DNA of 63,433 nt, the filler included, from Octopus bimaculoides (taxonomy: Eukaryota), in assembly GCF_001194135.2 (NCBI RefSeq). It is 5 parts of 4 records of this genome, joined end to end, with 100 filler letters (N's around TTAATTAATTAA, not from the genome) between each part and the next. Parts side by side here need not be neighbours in the genome. Positions count along the whole stretch, not along the records: positions 4,778 to 34,666 come from NC_068993.1; positions 34,767 to 50,381 come from NC_068984.1; 3 more parts are not named here. One strand, written 5' to 3'. This document shows positions 26,205-39,630 of the stretch, in pieces (position 1 is the stretch's first letter; each line of letters opens with the position of its first letter). The notes beneath the pieces are model-generated. The model was not told the origin of the DNA and searched no databases. It saw nothing but the letters and a program-made list of their open reading frames with translations. The translations under genes and the position numbers were made by a program.

Positions 26205-26357
26205 AATTATACCTTAGGAATGAGAACCCAGGTTCGAAAATTCCCCAAGACACATGATGAAGGCTGGAGGGTATGTCAGCCAAAACGTGTTAACAACAAA
26301 GAAGGTGAGGACAAATATCCGTCAAATGTAAATAATGTAAATGATGTAAATAATGTA
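26205..26357 (+). mobile_element. Penelope-like terminal (pLTR-like) segment containing a decayed minimal hammerhead ribozyme
   Basis: GACAC-ATGATGA-A-GGCTG(10 nt)CAGCC-AAAAC-GTGTT at 26249-26291, followed by an (AATAATGTA)-type tail. Confidence 0.55.
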
Positions 26358-26723
26358 TTGCAATCCCTTCTGAAGAAAATATTGCCAGGAAGAACATGGA
26401 GAAACTGTCAAAATACAAGGCCCTTAAGATTGAAATATTCAAGATGTGGGAATCTAAAGACAGAAACAATTCCTATCATAGTAGGCACATCAGGTATGAT
26501 AAAAAAAAATATTCAGACAAATACATAACAAAAACATCAGGACTTACAAATATATATAACATACAGAAAATTGCACTACTGGGCACTGCACACATCTTAC
26601 GCAAAACACTTTCAATACAGTAACCATAAGAGCACCACAGCAAACCACAGCACATACCCAAAGCACACAGAGCTGCGCTCGGTAGTGAAGTGAAAGCACG
26701 TTATAAAAATAAAACTACTGAAC

Positions 26724-26772
<49 letters not shown>
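26358..26772 (+). mobile_element. R4/Dong-like LINE 3' end with (AAT)n tail
   Basis: Frameshifted MEKLSKYKALKIEI.KMW / LKTETIPIIVGTSGMIKK / ...NIQKIALLGTAHILRKTLSIQ*, then a short 3'UTR and about 16 AAT units. Dong elements are known to target TAA repeats. Confidence 0.8.
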
Positions 26773-26776
<4 letters not shown>

Positions 26777-27144
26777 TTGCTCTCATCCGATCAGCAGACA
26801 GAAAAATTATCACTCCAGTTAGCCTGGATAAAATGAATATATAACTTTTAAAAGAATAATGGATGAGATGCAACAATTGGCTGCATATTAAAAACGACCA
26901 GTTTTAAATACACCCTGTAATTAGACGTTATATCAATTAATTTCTTCATAATTACATTTTCAATTGAATTCTGTTTGCTGCAGCTTGTTTTCATTGATGC
27001 TTCAGTGCCTATAAACATTACTATTATTATTGTTGTTGTTGTCATTATCATCATCATTATTATCACCATCATCCTCATCATCATCAAATTTTCCAGTTTC
27101 ATACAACTGTCTAATGATATTATCGTTATTATTATTATTATTGT

Positions 27145-27176
<32 letters not shown>

Positions 27177-27179
27177 TAA

Positions 27180-27375
27180 TTACAGCAAGCTGGCAGAGTC
27201 ATTCACATGTTGGACAACCAGCATCATGTTCCATGTTCAAATGCAACCGAGGTCAAATTTGCCTTTTATTCTTTCCAGGTCAATAAAGCAAAATACCAGC
27301 AAAGCACTAAGACCAATATAATCAATATTCCCCTCCCCTCAAAATCACACCATGCTATCAACCAAACTTTGAAAC

Positions 27376-27418
<43 letters not shown>

Positions 27419-27737
27419 ATGTGCCAAAATTTGAAACTATTGTTGTTGTTATTATTATTATTATTATTAAATCAGTGTAGTTTCACATGACATCCAGCTG
27501 TAGAAACTTTGCCAGATCAGATTGGAGACTGGTGCAGCCTTCTGGCTCGCCAGTCCTCGGTCAAACCATCCAACCCATGCCAGCATGGAAAGCAGACGTT
27601 AAACGATTATGATGATGATGTTGATGATCATTATTATTATTATTGATTTTGCCTTTCATCCTTTTGGGGATAAAAATAAGTACTTGTTGATCTCAAAATT
27701 ACTAGCCTTGTGTCAAAATTTGAAATAATAATAATTA

Positions 27738-27810
<73 letters not shown>

Positions 27811-28225
27811 TACTACTATTATTACTATTACTGGCGAGCTGGTAGAATCATTAACATGTTGGACAAAATGCTTAGGAGTATTTCATCTGTCTTTATGTTC
27901 TGAGTTCAAATTCCACTGAGGTTGACTTTGCCTTTCATCTAGTATTTTCTTGTGGATGGTGGGTGGGGGTAAAAAAAATAAGTACCAGTTGAGTACTGGG
28001 AGCCGATGTAATCAACTTAGGCCCTCCCCCAAATTTCAGACCCTGTGACTAGAGTAGAAAGGGTTATTTTTATTAAGGTGACATAAACATTAACATTCCA
28101 GGTAAACTGCAGCATTTCCTTCACTTTTATGTTCTGAGTTCAGACTATGCTAAGGTCAGCAGTTATGCACTGGGGTCGATGTAATTCACTTAAGCCCCTC
28201 CCCAATATTGTGGGCCTCGTGCCAT
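27180..28225 (+). mobile_element. Second cluster of SINE family 2 copies or fragments plus an RTE tail (about 27490-27625), embedded in (ATT)n
   Basis: Family 2 motifs at about 27180, 27640, 27835 and 28090. RTE tail ...GCATGGAAAGCAGACGTTAAACGATTATGATG at about 27583. Confidence 0.75.
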
Positions 28226-28243
28226 TATTATTATTATTATTAC

Positions 28244-28283
<40 letters not shown>

Positions 28284-28479
28284 ATTATTATTATCATTTT
28301 TACACTTATCATTATTGTTTTTATTATTATTATCAACATTATGATCATTATTACTATTATCATCATCATCATNNNNNNNNNNCATCATCATCATCATCAT
28401 CATCATGCTCATTAGCATCACCTTATCAGCAGTTTTATGCAAGTTTCTAATAATATTGTAATTATTATTGTCAATGTTG

Positions 28480-28531
<52 letters not shown>

Positions 28532-29395
28532 CATTATTATTATATTTATATCATACCGCGGTCTGCTTTAGCTTGGCGCCTTTTTCACAATATATAATTC
28601 TATCAGAGACTTAGGCTTCTCAATAATAGATTAGCATTTCAAATTAATCTCACTATATTCTCGTTGAGAGAAAACGAGTCTGTATTTGCTTTAATTTAAT
28701 TAGTTGATTTATGTATGTTTTTTGTTTGTATTTTTTATGCGTGTGTATTGTTGATTTCTTTGGTTGTTATTGTTGTTGTTGGTGGTGTTGTTCTTGTTCT
28801 TCTTCTTCATTTTCTTCTTCTTCTTCTTCTTCTTCTTCTTCTTCTTCTGCTTCTCCACCCGCCTCCCATAAGTAAAGAAAATGAATTGAAAAGAATTAGA
28901 AGACAAGATAAAGAAATGCCAAAGCTGTTCGGTGTAGAATAGCAAGAAAATGAATATTGAGAGAGAGAAACATAAAGAATTAAACAAAAATAAATATACA
29001 AAAACAAAAGGTAAAAAAAAACCTATAAATTCCATCTCCAAATAAATAGATATAATTAAAATTAAATCATGAGTAAAGCAATTATCAATAAAATAGAATT
29101 TAGATATGGATTAAATATTCTTTGATTTAAGTAAAGGCTGTAAATTAGAATTTTGTATTTGTATTTATTTTATCTTATTTTTGATTTCATTTTATTTCGT
29201 TTTTATTATGCTTTATTTTATTTTATTTTATTTTTATTTTTATTTCTGTATTTGTTTGCTTGTCTACTTGTTTCGGTTTGGTTTTATTTTCATCCAGAAA
29301 GATGCTGGGTGGTTTTACATTTTTGATTAGTTATTCATCTAAATCTGTTTAATGATATTGTGTAATATATCTTTGGGGGAGAAAATAAATAAATA

Positions 29396-29454
<59 letters not shown>

Positions 29455-29595
29455 TGATGATGGTGGTGATGATGATGATGATGGTGATGATGATAGGAAT
29501 ATATAAAAGAGAAAAATTAAAATAAAATAAAGAGCTACAAGAATAATCAAAATTATATTTCCACAACAAACCTTCTGAACAAAATGATTGGAAAG

Positions 29596-29707
<112 letters not shown>

Positions 29708-30713
29708 AAGAAGAATTTCTTTTATTTACCACAAGGGCATAGATGAGGGGAACATTTCAAGGCTAGTCTACTGTTTGTGCAAGTTTATATAAAATATGAA
29801 GGGAAAGAAAAGGAAAAGACATTGAAATGCGATAAAGGCATACAAAGAATGTGATGAACCTGTGGATGATGGAGTCCTCCTGATGCAAGGAAAGCTCCAA
29901 CTATAGCCAATGAAGGAACTCCACAGATCCAGGATTTCTCTGACCAGGAAAAACATGAACCCTCACCCAAATATTGGGGATTTTTTTATGATCAACAGAT
30001 GTATGCTTAGAGTGGGTCCATTCACCCTAACCATTTTTGCCACAGCCACCCATCTTTTCACAACAACAACATCAGTAGCAGTAGCAACAACAACAACTAC
30101 AACAGCAAAAATGTTGGTAGCAAAACAGATGTGGATGATGCAAAAGTATGGAAAAAAAGACAAATCTGCCATATGCCTGGATGAGAGCATTTGATGAGGG
30201 ATTTTCATGGCTCATCAAGATTCTCAAAGAGTGTCAGTCTGGTGACTCCATCATGAATTTCATTAAAACAGTAATCTAAAAAGATTGGAACAACACAAAG
30301 ACAATAAGTTCCCTCACAAGAATATGTCTCAAAATGTTTCAAGACAATAGGACATCTGGTTGTCATTTCCATATTTGGTTTGTCTCATGACAACTACAGC
30401 CTTTTTGGTTGTATATAACGAAAGAGCATGAACCAGGTTCGGCTACCATTGGGTGGTCTAAAATTCTTTGAATTGTTTGATCCTTCTTTACCCAAATGCC
30501 TTCACATATTTACATCTATGAATTGTCACTCATATTTCATTCTGTATAAGCCACAAAATGTAGAGCTTCTTGGTAACAAATTCTCAAGTGAAAATATGTT
30601 TGTTTATAGATGTATATGTATCCATATGTTTATTATATGAATGTCTATTTATAAATCTGTGTGTGTGTGAGTTTGTGTGTGAGTTTGTGTGTGTGTGTAT
30701 ACATATATATGTA

Positions 30714-31290
30714 CAGGGTGCATAAGATATTTGAGGACAGATCTATGTTTATAAAAAAAACAGATATATATTAACAGATAATAATTTATTTATCAAAAAA
30801 TGCTATGAGGATAAAAATAAACCTTCTTTTCTATAATTCAATAAAGCCTCTTTCAGCTTCAACAACTGCTTCTATATGAGATCTAAATCATCTCCATGCT
30901 CAAACCAATTGGTCCTGGTTCATTTTAGACATTACTCTGACTGTGGCAGCTTTCAAAGAATCTTTGATATTATGGACGTGTTCATTGACCTTTCTCTCAA
31001 CAACACTCCACATGTAATAGTCCAGTGAATTGATATCTGGGAAATTAGGAGGCCAAATGTTAGGGGTTATGTGATCATGAAAATTTTCAGCCATCCATTC
31101 CTGTGTTACTAGAGCCATGTGTGATAGTTCAGTCTTACTGAAACACATATGGCCTTCCATTGCATATACTGTCTATCCAGGGCTTAACAGTTATTTCCAG
31201 GGCCTCAATGTAGGTGGCAGAGTTAACTCTAAAGCCTTGTGGAAAGAAGTAAGGTGGCATCACATGCCCTTCATTGCTGACAACCCTTAA
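30714..31290 (-). mobile_element. Truncated mariner (maT/DD37D-like)
   Basis: TA|CAGGGTGCATAAGAT end. Minus frames read ...GHVMPPYFFPQGFRVNSATYIEALE...PYVFQ*D and ENFHDHITPNIWPPNFPDINSLDYYMWSVVE. Confidence 0.85.
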
Positions 31291-31650
31291 AATCATAACA
31301 ATCATAACAATATATAGATATAGATATAGATATATATGTAGGAGTAAATGTTAGGACAAGTAAGTTATCCTTACATTTACTCATCTACCTGCTCAAGTTT
31401 AAATCTCTTGAGCACAATTAGGAGAATAGCTGTCTCTAATCTATAAACTATGTGTGTGTGTGTATGTGTGTGTATTTTTATGTTATAAAAATAATAGTTT
31501 TACCATCGTAAGACAGTTTGATGATGGCTTAGCTGGCTAAAACATCAAAATCACTGTCAAAACCAAGTATAATAAATTTTTACTCTAGCAAATGTATTGA
31601 GTAATCCTTCAGTTTAATGTAAAACTGTTTTTAGTATAACATAAAAACAA

Positions 31651-31695
<45 letters not shown>

Positions 31696-31960
31696 CTATA
31701 GTTGTAATGAGACAAACCAAATTTGGAAATGGCAACCAGAAGATGTGCCAGTAAGCTACCANNNNNNNNNNNNNNNNNNNNNNNNNNNNNNNNNNNNNNN
31801 NNNNNNNNNNNNNNNNNNNNNNNNNNNNNNNNNNNNNNNNNNNNNNNNNNNNNNNNNNNNNNNNNNNNNNNNNNNNNNNNNNNNNNNNNNNNNNNNNNNN
31901 NNNNNNNNNNNNNNNNNNNNNNNNNNNNNNNNNNNNNNNNNNNNNNNNNNNNNNNNNNNN

Positions 31961-32003
<43 letters not shown>

Positions 32004-32723
32004 CATGTTGGCATGTATGTAAATATGTATTTGTATAAATATGTATATATATACATTGATGTGTGCACATGCACAAGTAAGTGTGTCAGTCGGAAAGTTT
32101 ACATTTTGCACTTAATGGAAAAACAAGACTGAGCAATAAATGGTGATGTTTATTGACAATTCCATGTCAACAAATCGTCTGTTAGCTCTGCACTTTCGAA
32201 GATGTATACAATAAAATATTTCTTACATGAAAAATAGGTGTGTCTAACTGTAAATCAATGCTTCTATAATACATATTCACCTGACACATGATAGCATTAA
32301 AAAGATGGCATAAAACGAACACACACACACACACATATATCTATATTTGCATCCCTTTACGTGAAAAGACAAAGCTGTGAGGAAAATTTGTGTCTTATCC
32401 TCAAAGTTGCTTTTCAATGTTCTCCATGGTTACAAAGATCACAGAGTACAAATAAGGAAAACAAAAATGGGAAGTAGATGATGAAACTATTTAGTAACAT
32501 TATCTAACATGTGCTTCTGTGAAAATTAAGGCCAAATTATGTAATCTAGTCTCTGATGAAGAGAGGACTTAGAGAGTACACTTGGAATGGGTTACGTAAT
32601 TCAGGCATAATCTTCTCTGAAACATGTGTAAGATGACATAATTTCATTACTTCAGAAACTACTCTCCAATTTTATTTCATATACATGTACATACATACAT
32701 ACATACATATATGTGTGTGTGTG

Positions 32724-32756
<33 letters not shown>

Positions 32757-33035
32757 ATACTACACACTATACATATACATATATATATACATATGTGTAC
32801 ACACACATATACACATATATATGTGTGTGCAGACACATATATACATGGTGCACACACTAACATACACACATATATACATATCTCTGACTCATATGCATCC
32901 TTTATCATTCTTCTACCTTTGACAGCCTCTCACTACCTTTGACCCCTCAATTCCACCCAATCACAGTCGAAATCTTCAATAGTTTAAAAAAACGTCCCTT
33001 TTCTCCAGTAAGTCAGTTGTGAATTCTTTTATTCT

Positions 33036-33597
33036 TTTACTTGCTTCAGTCATTTTTATTGTGGCCATGCTGGAGCACCGCCTTTAGTCAAGCAAATCGA
33101 CCCCAGGACTTATTCTTTGTAAGCCCAATACTTATCCTATCGGTCTCTTTTGCCAAACTGCTAAGTTATGGGGATGTAAACACACCAGCATTGGTTGTCA
33201 AGTGATGTTGCAGAGGGACACACAAACATATATACACAGNNNNNNNNNNNNNNNNNNNNNNNNNNNNNNNNNNNNNNNNNNNNNNNNNNNNNNNNNNNNN
33301 NNNNNNNNNNNNNNNNNNNNNNNNNNNNNNNNNNNNNNNNNNNNNNNNNNNNNNNNNNNNNNNNNNNNNNNNNNNNNNNNNNNNNNNNNNNNNNNNNNNN
33401 NNNNNNNNNNNNNTATATATATATATATATATATGACAGGCTTCTTTCAGTTTCCATCTACTAAATCCACTCACAAGGCTTTGTTCGGCCTGAGGCTATA
33501 GTAGAATACACTTGCCCAAGGTGCCATGCAGTGGAACCGAACCCAGAACCATGTGGTTGGTAAGCAAGCTACTTACCACACAGCCACTCCTGCGCCT
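33036..33597 (-). mobile_element. SINE family 1 (gap inside its microsatellite)
   Basis: Both halves in reverse complement, flanking an N-run. Confidence 0.85.
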
Positions 33598-33844
33598 GTT
33601 TAAGTTGATAGAAATAATTCGAGGCATGTTAACATGGGAAAATGAATGTAAAATAGTAAAAAAAGCAAACAAATTTAGAGCAGAGAATTAATATGGAAAA
33701 GATGCATAAATTACAAAGTGTAAAATTAAATGTTTTAATTTATCTAAATGATTTACAAAGGATGCATGGAAAACATATAGTTAAGCTGGCGACACAAATC
33801 TTAAAATTATTTGGCTCATGTTTCAATGATATAAGAAATATTGA

Positions 33845-33965
33845 ACTGGCAGAGTTGGTAGCACATGTGGCAAAATGCTTCACAGAATTTGTTCTCTCTT
33901 CTGAGTTCAAATCCTGCAGAGGTCAACTTTGCTTTTCATCCTTTCAAGATCAATAAAATAAGTAC
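33845..33965 (+). mobile_element. SINE family 2, 5' part
   Basis: GAACTGGCAGAG...CTGAGTTCAAATCC...CTTTGCTTTTCATCCTTTC...AATAAGTAC. Confidence 0.75.
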
Positions 33966-34129
33966 TGATTTAAGAAGGTTGATTGGTGGCATTATAAGAA
34001 CATCAGAACAGGTGCCTTGTGGTATTATTTGTTCTGCTTGTCTGCCTTGAAAGTTCAAAACCCACCAGGTAGCAGAGTTTATCAACTGCTTAGTATAACT
34101 CCACTATCTGGTATCTTGGGTGGCTTTAC

Positions 34130-34247
34130 CAGAGTCCCCTTCGTTACAAATATGCAAATGTTAGCTTCAGGTTGAAGATGCCTTCCATTATCATCCCCAT
34201 CAATTTTGGAGGCTGTTAAGCATCAAGAATACCAGCTGCTCAGCTCA
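34130..34247 (-). other. Candidate non-coding (5'UTR or lncRNA) exon, 118 nt
   Basis: Acceptor tattttattgttttatttttag|TGAG and donor CTCTG|gtaaag; stops in all three frames. Confidence 0.4.
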
Positions 34248-34442
34248 CTAAAAATAAAACAATAAAATATATAAAAAATTTACAGCATTTGTTGTGTCTA
34301 GGGAGGGTCATTATGCTAGTATTATTAACACATGCACTGGTTCAATTCCACTCCTGATTATTAGTCAATTGGTTAAATATTCAACTAACTAATTGATTGT
34401 TTGTTTAACTTGGTTAAACAGCAAATCGTTTGTTCTGTTTTT

Positions 34443-34666
34443 ACTTACTCTTTTACTTGTTTCAGTCATTTGACTGTGGCCATGCTGGAGCACCGCCTTT
34501 AGTCGAGAAAATCGACCCTAGGACTTATTCTTTGTAAGCCTAGTACTTATTCTATCGGTCTTTTTTTGCCGAACCGCTGAGTTACGAGGACGTAAACACA
34601 CCAGCATTGGTTGTCAAGCGATGGTGAGGGGACAAACACACACACACACACGTATATATATATATA
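34443..34666 (-). mobile_element. SINE family 1, 3' half
   Basis: Reverse complement of the 3' half; the rest is lost in a gap. Confidence 0.85.
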
Positions 34667-34780
34667 NNNNNNNNNNNNNNNNNNNNNNNNNNNNNNNNNN
34701 NNNNNNNNNNTTAATTAATTAANNNNNNNNNNNNNNNNNNNNNNNNNNNNNNNNNNNNNNNNNNNNATATATATATATAT

Positions 34781-34812
<32 letters not shown>

Positions 34813-36399
34813 GTATATATATATTTATATTTATATATATTTAAAGAAGTAACAATTGGAAGAAAGACAACTTCAGGTCATGGTAGAGTACAATGATTTC
34901 GACCGAAATTCTTTATTTGTGTATGTGTATGTCATATAATAGGATTTTTGTAAGAAAATATACATATTTATTAACTTATTGGTAAAATAATATACATAGG
35001 CGATGACGATGATGATAATGATGATGATGATGAGAAAGAGGAGGAAGAAAATATGGGCGGGAAGGGAAACGGGGTTTAGAATGATGGTTATAATGATTAC
35101 GCTTGTTTGATGAAACACCACAAAACTCTGTTTTTACTGTACGCACAATTTTACAATAAAAAGGACAAAGGAATTATATATAAAGAAGAAAGCTACCATG
35201 TATAAGTCTCATTTCTGACCATTCTTTACTGTTCAAAACTATTCTTTGCTCTTTCAAGACTATACGTAAAAAATATCTTCCCTGATTTTCTTGCCAATAT
35301 TGAGCAAAATAGTATGGATAGATGTAAGAAGACACAGTCATACGTGCTATGAAGGTATATTATATTTTCTGAGTGAAAATATACTTCCATAAAAAGGTAT
35401 GCAAACAGAGTCAAACTTTCCCTTTCATATACATAATGAAGCTATATGTTTACATCAGAGTTGTGAAAACTATTTAACAAACAGAAAATTACCCCAAGTA
35501 TAGCAATGTACACAAACAAAAATACTGTGTTCTTATTTGGAGTGTCTATGTTTATATGTCTCTATATGTTTGGATGTATGAAACGTAAAACTTGTATTCT
35601 GTATCTTCCTGTCATGCTAATTCAAGTATTTTGTAGGACTGTAGTTTTGTAGTTCTATACGTATGTTTATATACCAGCATATTTGATTCTCTGTCTTATA
35701 GACCATTTGCTTTTAGTTTCTGTTTAATGTTTGTTTTTTTTGTATTTCTTTATAGAACGAATTTTATTTTAATCATTTTGCATAGATTGCATATGAAGAA
35801 TGAAGTGTGGCGAATAATTTTTTGATTTCAACTATTATTTATAAAACAAAGGTACATGATAATTATTTACCTCGAATAATATCAAACTTACAAATATATA
35901 AAGGATCCCTGATTCGTTTCTTTGGATTTCAAAAAGAAGCTTGAAAGAAATTATATTTTAAATCCAGTGTTCCTCTGAATGTGTCTGTCTGGGGTGTAAT
36001 GTCAGGTTAATCTCAAACCAGTCTTTATATATATTAACGATATTAAATGAACCATAAGTAATCATTAAATATCGATAATGAATTCCGTTAGAGCAATTGG
36101 GAAATGTAGAATTTCAGAATGATGAAAAAGATTGTCTACGAATCCACTGATTCAGACTACTAACGTGTTTCAATTGGCGCCATTTAATATTTCTGTGCAA
36201 AACAGTTTTTGGTTAGACTCTGCAATCATATACCTCTAAGTATACAATGTGTCAGCTTATATACTTACATGGTGATACACAAATAGATGTCAATGTATTT
36301 GCCGATATAGATATATGTGTCTATGTGTTAGATGGTGTATTAGAACTTTGCATCAAAATTATTTATTTAAATCGCTATAGATAAAGCATCTACAAGATG

Positions 36400-36510
36400 T
36401 TTTTAGTGAAGGCACCTTTCTGGTACCTATTCCAATCAATCGAAAGGACAGAGGCACGTGGTGTTGAGTGTCTACGTAGTGATACAACGAAACGCCCGCA
36501 ACGAGATGGT
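36400..36510. promoter_or_regulatory. CpG cluster with CCAAT (36432) and CACGTG E-box (36455): putative promoter
   Basis: 7 CpG in about 65 bp of unique sequence, at the edge of a CpG-retaining domain. Confidence 0.3.
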
Positions 36511-38290
36511 AATAAAATGCCTTATATATGCATATGTGTGCATAGATATATGTATACGTACATATACGTACATATATATGTATACGTGCATATGTGTACA
36601 TAGATATATGTATACGTACATACACATATATACATACATGTATGTATATATGTGTATGTGTATGTGTATGTATTGTTACATTGGTACCGCTGTTACTGAA
36701 ATGAATAATTCATTTCTTTTGCTGTCAAAACAAATCTTCAATGAATATACTTGTTTCAATTTTCAGGTATTTGTCTGTTGTATTTTTAACATGGTGTCTA
36801 TAGAAATAGAGAATTCAGTGACGTGTATTTTATCTTCAATATTTGAACACTGCGGTTAGTTGGGAGGTGGGATTTACAAAGAAAAAATACAGAGGGACCT
36901 GAGTAAATGACTTTCAACATTTAATTCCGGACCTCTGTGTTTTCAGTTTAAACCTGCTGAGGCTGGTTTTGGTTTCCATCCCACCAAGATTAATAGATTA
37001 TACACCAATCGTACACTAGATCGATTCGATTGCCTACACCTCTCCTCTGTAAGGGTTTGACGTTGTACTGTTGCTAAAACATTGTAATTTGGTAATTACT
37101 TGTTTAAACTCAAGTGATATTTAACCAATGATAACTTGTAATCATATTGTACAGTTTTAAGTTTTTATCTCACAGTAAATTTATAAGTCATGCGTTTCAT
37201 TTTCATATTATATATTTCGTATTATCTAACAGCTAATCAAGATGCGTTTCCTTGAGCGTGTATTTTCTATTCAGTTTCAATTCTAATACGACCATTGCAT
37301 TTCTAATATATTTGAATACAAATTATATTCTTTTTTGTTGTTGTTAAATCAATTTTTGTTGCTTCGAATGTTCGCTTTTATCTTCTTCACCATCAACAAA
37401 ACAAACATTGTTTCCAGTTTTCTAAACAAAATTATCACTATTCAGCTGAATATATTTAATCCAGCATACTTAAATATTTTATTCTCAATAGAATTTTATT
37501 ATTCAAAATAAGGATTTCCGACATTATATTTGTTTGTGTTTTGTTGTTGTTTTTTTTTTTCTCAATTCAGCTGGCATTATTCACTCGATATACATGTCAT
37601 GGATTTTATCAAACACAATGACACACACATGCACACACACACACACATTCATATACGTTCTGATTCGCAATCTTTACTGCAGTTATATTCAAAACAAGAT
37701 CTTAAAAACTGCGATTTTTCGATTAAGTTTTATTCAATAAAAAAAAAACTAAAGAGCATTTATAATTTTCTCAAATGAGGACATGCTAAATTCTTTAATA
37801 GTTTATAAAAAAAAACTTTAATCGCCCCATTCTTTTCTTTGGTTTGTTTAATGAAAAAAAATAAATAAAACATGTAATAAGAAGCACTTAAAATTATTAA
37901 ATATCTACGGAACAGTCACACGTCAAATTATAAGATATTTTTTTCTTGGCGATATACATTCCCTGGTTTATGTATATTGTTAGATGAACCAAAACACACC
38001 CTTAAATACATACTTATTGACAAAGACAAGCATACTTTTATGAATACATTTTTGTTCCGAAGTGTATATTTATGAGTGGGTGTTAATGTAAACGGGCTTA
38101 CAACCGTCTGATTTACTTGTATTTCGTTCATTATCACCAATGTATGCATTATCAGTTGTATATTATTATTCATGTATGCCAATCACAGTTTTGTATTCTA
38201 TGTGCGAATCGTGTCAATTTTCATTTTTAATTTATCGTTCCCTTCCAAGGAAGGAGTTTACATTAAAATGTAACCAAGAGAATTCGGCAC

Positions 38291-38321
<31 letters not shown>

Positions 38322-39439
38322 TTCTTTTTATCTCTCCCTCGCTCTCTCTCTCTCTCTCCCTCTCTCTTTCTGTATGTATGTTTATGGTAGTCTCGTGTGT
38401 ATATGTCATTTATTCTGGCATTAAACGATAGACATGTTACCTAAAACTAATATCTCACTCGATAATCGGCGGATGAACTTGAAACACCCTGTGGACAGAG
38501 ACAGATGCACAAATGAGGAGAAGGTCAGCTGGTACATATTTATGAAGAAGGGTGGGGAAGGGAGCCAAAATAAAATTTGCTCCATTCACGTGTTCTACGA
38601 TTAATTACTAGTCTTGAACACACATAAATGTCAAGATTCCTGTGGAATTTGTGCAATGTTAAGGAATATCAGATGGTTCTTGATCGATAAGGAGTTTATA
38701 TTTGATACAAATATATTTGATTTCGATATTTAAATATTTCCCTTGACGCCGTTCAAAGGTGGGCGGTCGCAAGACCTAATTTTGTCAGAGTATATAACAT
38801 GATAGTGTCACTGGCTATGCATGACCTGTAGCATTAGCTCATGAATATTAACACATCAAGGCATCTCTCGAGAATACTAGCGAACTAATAATAATAATAA
38901 TAATAATAATACTAATAATGTTTTGTTTGTTACTGCCACAAGATTTACAATTGAGGGGATATTACAGGGACTAATTTAAAGAGAGTGGAGGTTGATACAG
39001 AAATCGTATAAAATGAACAAGCTACGAATTATACACATGTATGAGGCAGGCCCCAAGAGAAAGACCAACACTAAGGGCTAATCAGCGAAAGCTGTAAATC
39101 TAGGGTTAAGCTGATTATCAAGAATAAGTGCTCTGACTCAAATATGACTTGGCCCATAAGCACATACTGAGCACAGTATGTGCTAGCCATTCTCAACCGC
39201 TTTTCAACAAATTTACTGAAGGACAACACCTTCGTATCCAAATGTAACTTGAAAAAAATCATTCATGTCTTGGGGGAAGAGGAAAGTATCTATCCTCAGT
39301 CCTTTCAATCATGTTCACCAAAGAAATCGCTTTTGCTATAACCAACAGACAGATTACAGGCAATACTTTAAAATATGACCACTGTTTCTGTAATTATATT
39401 ATATATATATATATATATAATAATACTAAAGTTGATGGA

Positions 39440-39630
39440 TGGAGGATGAATTAGTATATCGTCGAATAAAATGATCTGAGGTATTTAGTTACGACCCTTT
39501 TCATTTCTAAGTTCAAATGGTGCCGAAGTTTATTTTGCCTATCATCTTACTGGCATCGATAAAATAAGTACCATTCAGGTTCTGGGGCCAATTTAATCCA
39601 CTATATTCCCCCCAAGATTTGTGGCTTTAT
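39440..39630 (+). mobile_element. Old SINE family 2 copy
   Basis: TTCTAAGTTCAAAT...TTTTGCCTATCATC...CGATAAAATAAGTACCA. Confidence 0.6.

Noticed and set aside
32480-32556. ATGATGA...CTGA spacing resembling a C/D snoRNA
   Set aside because: No terminal stem and no recognisable rRNA guide.
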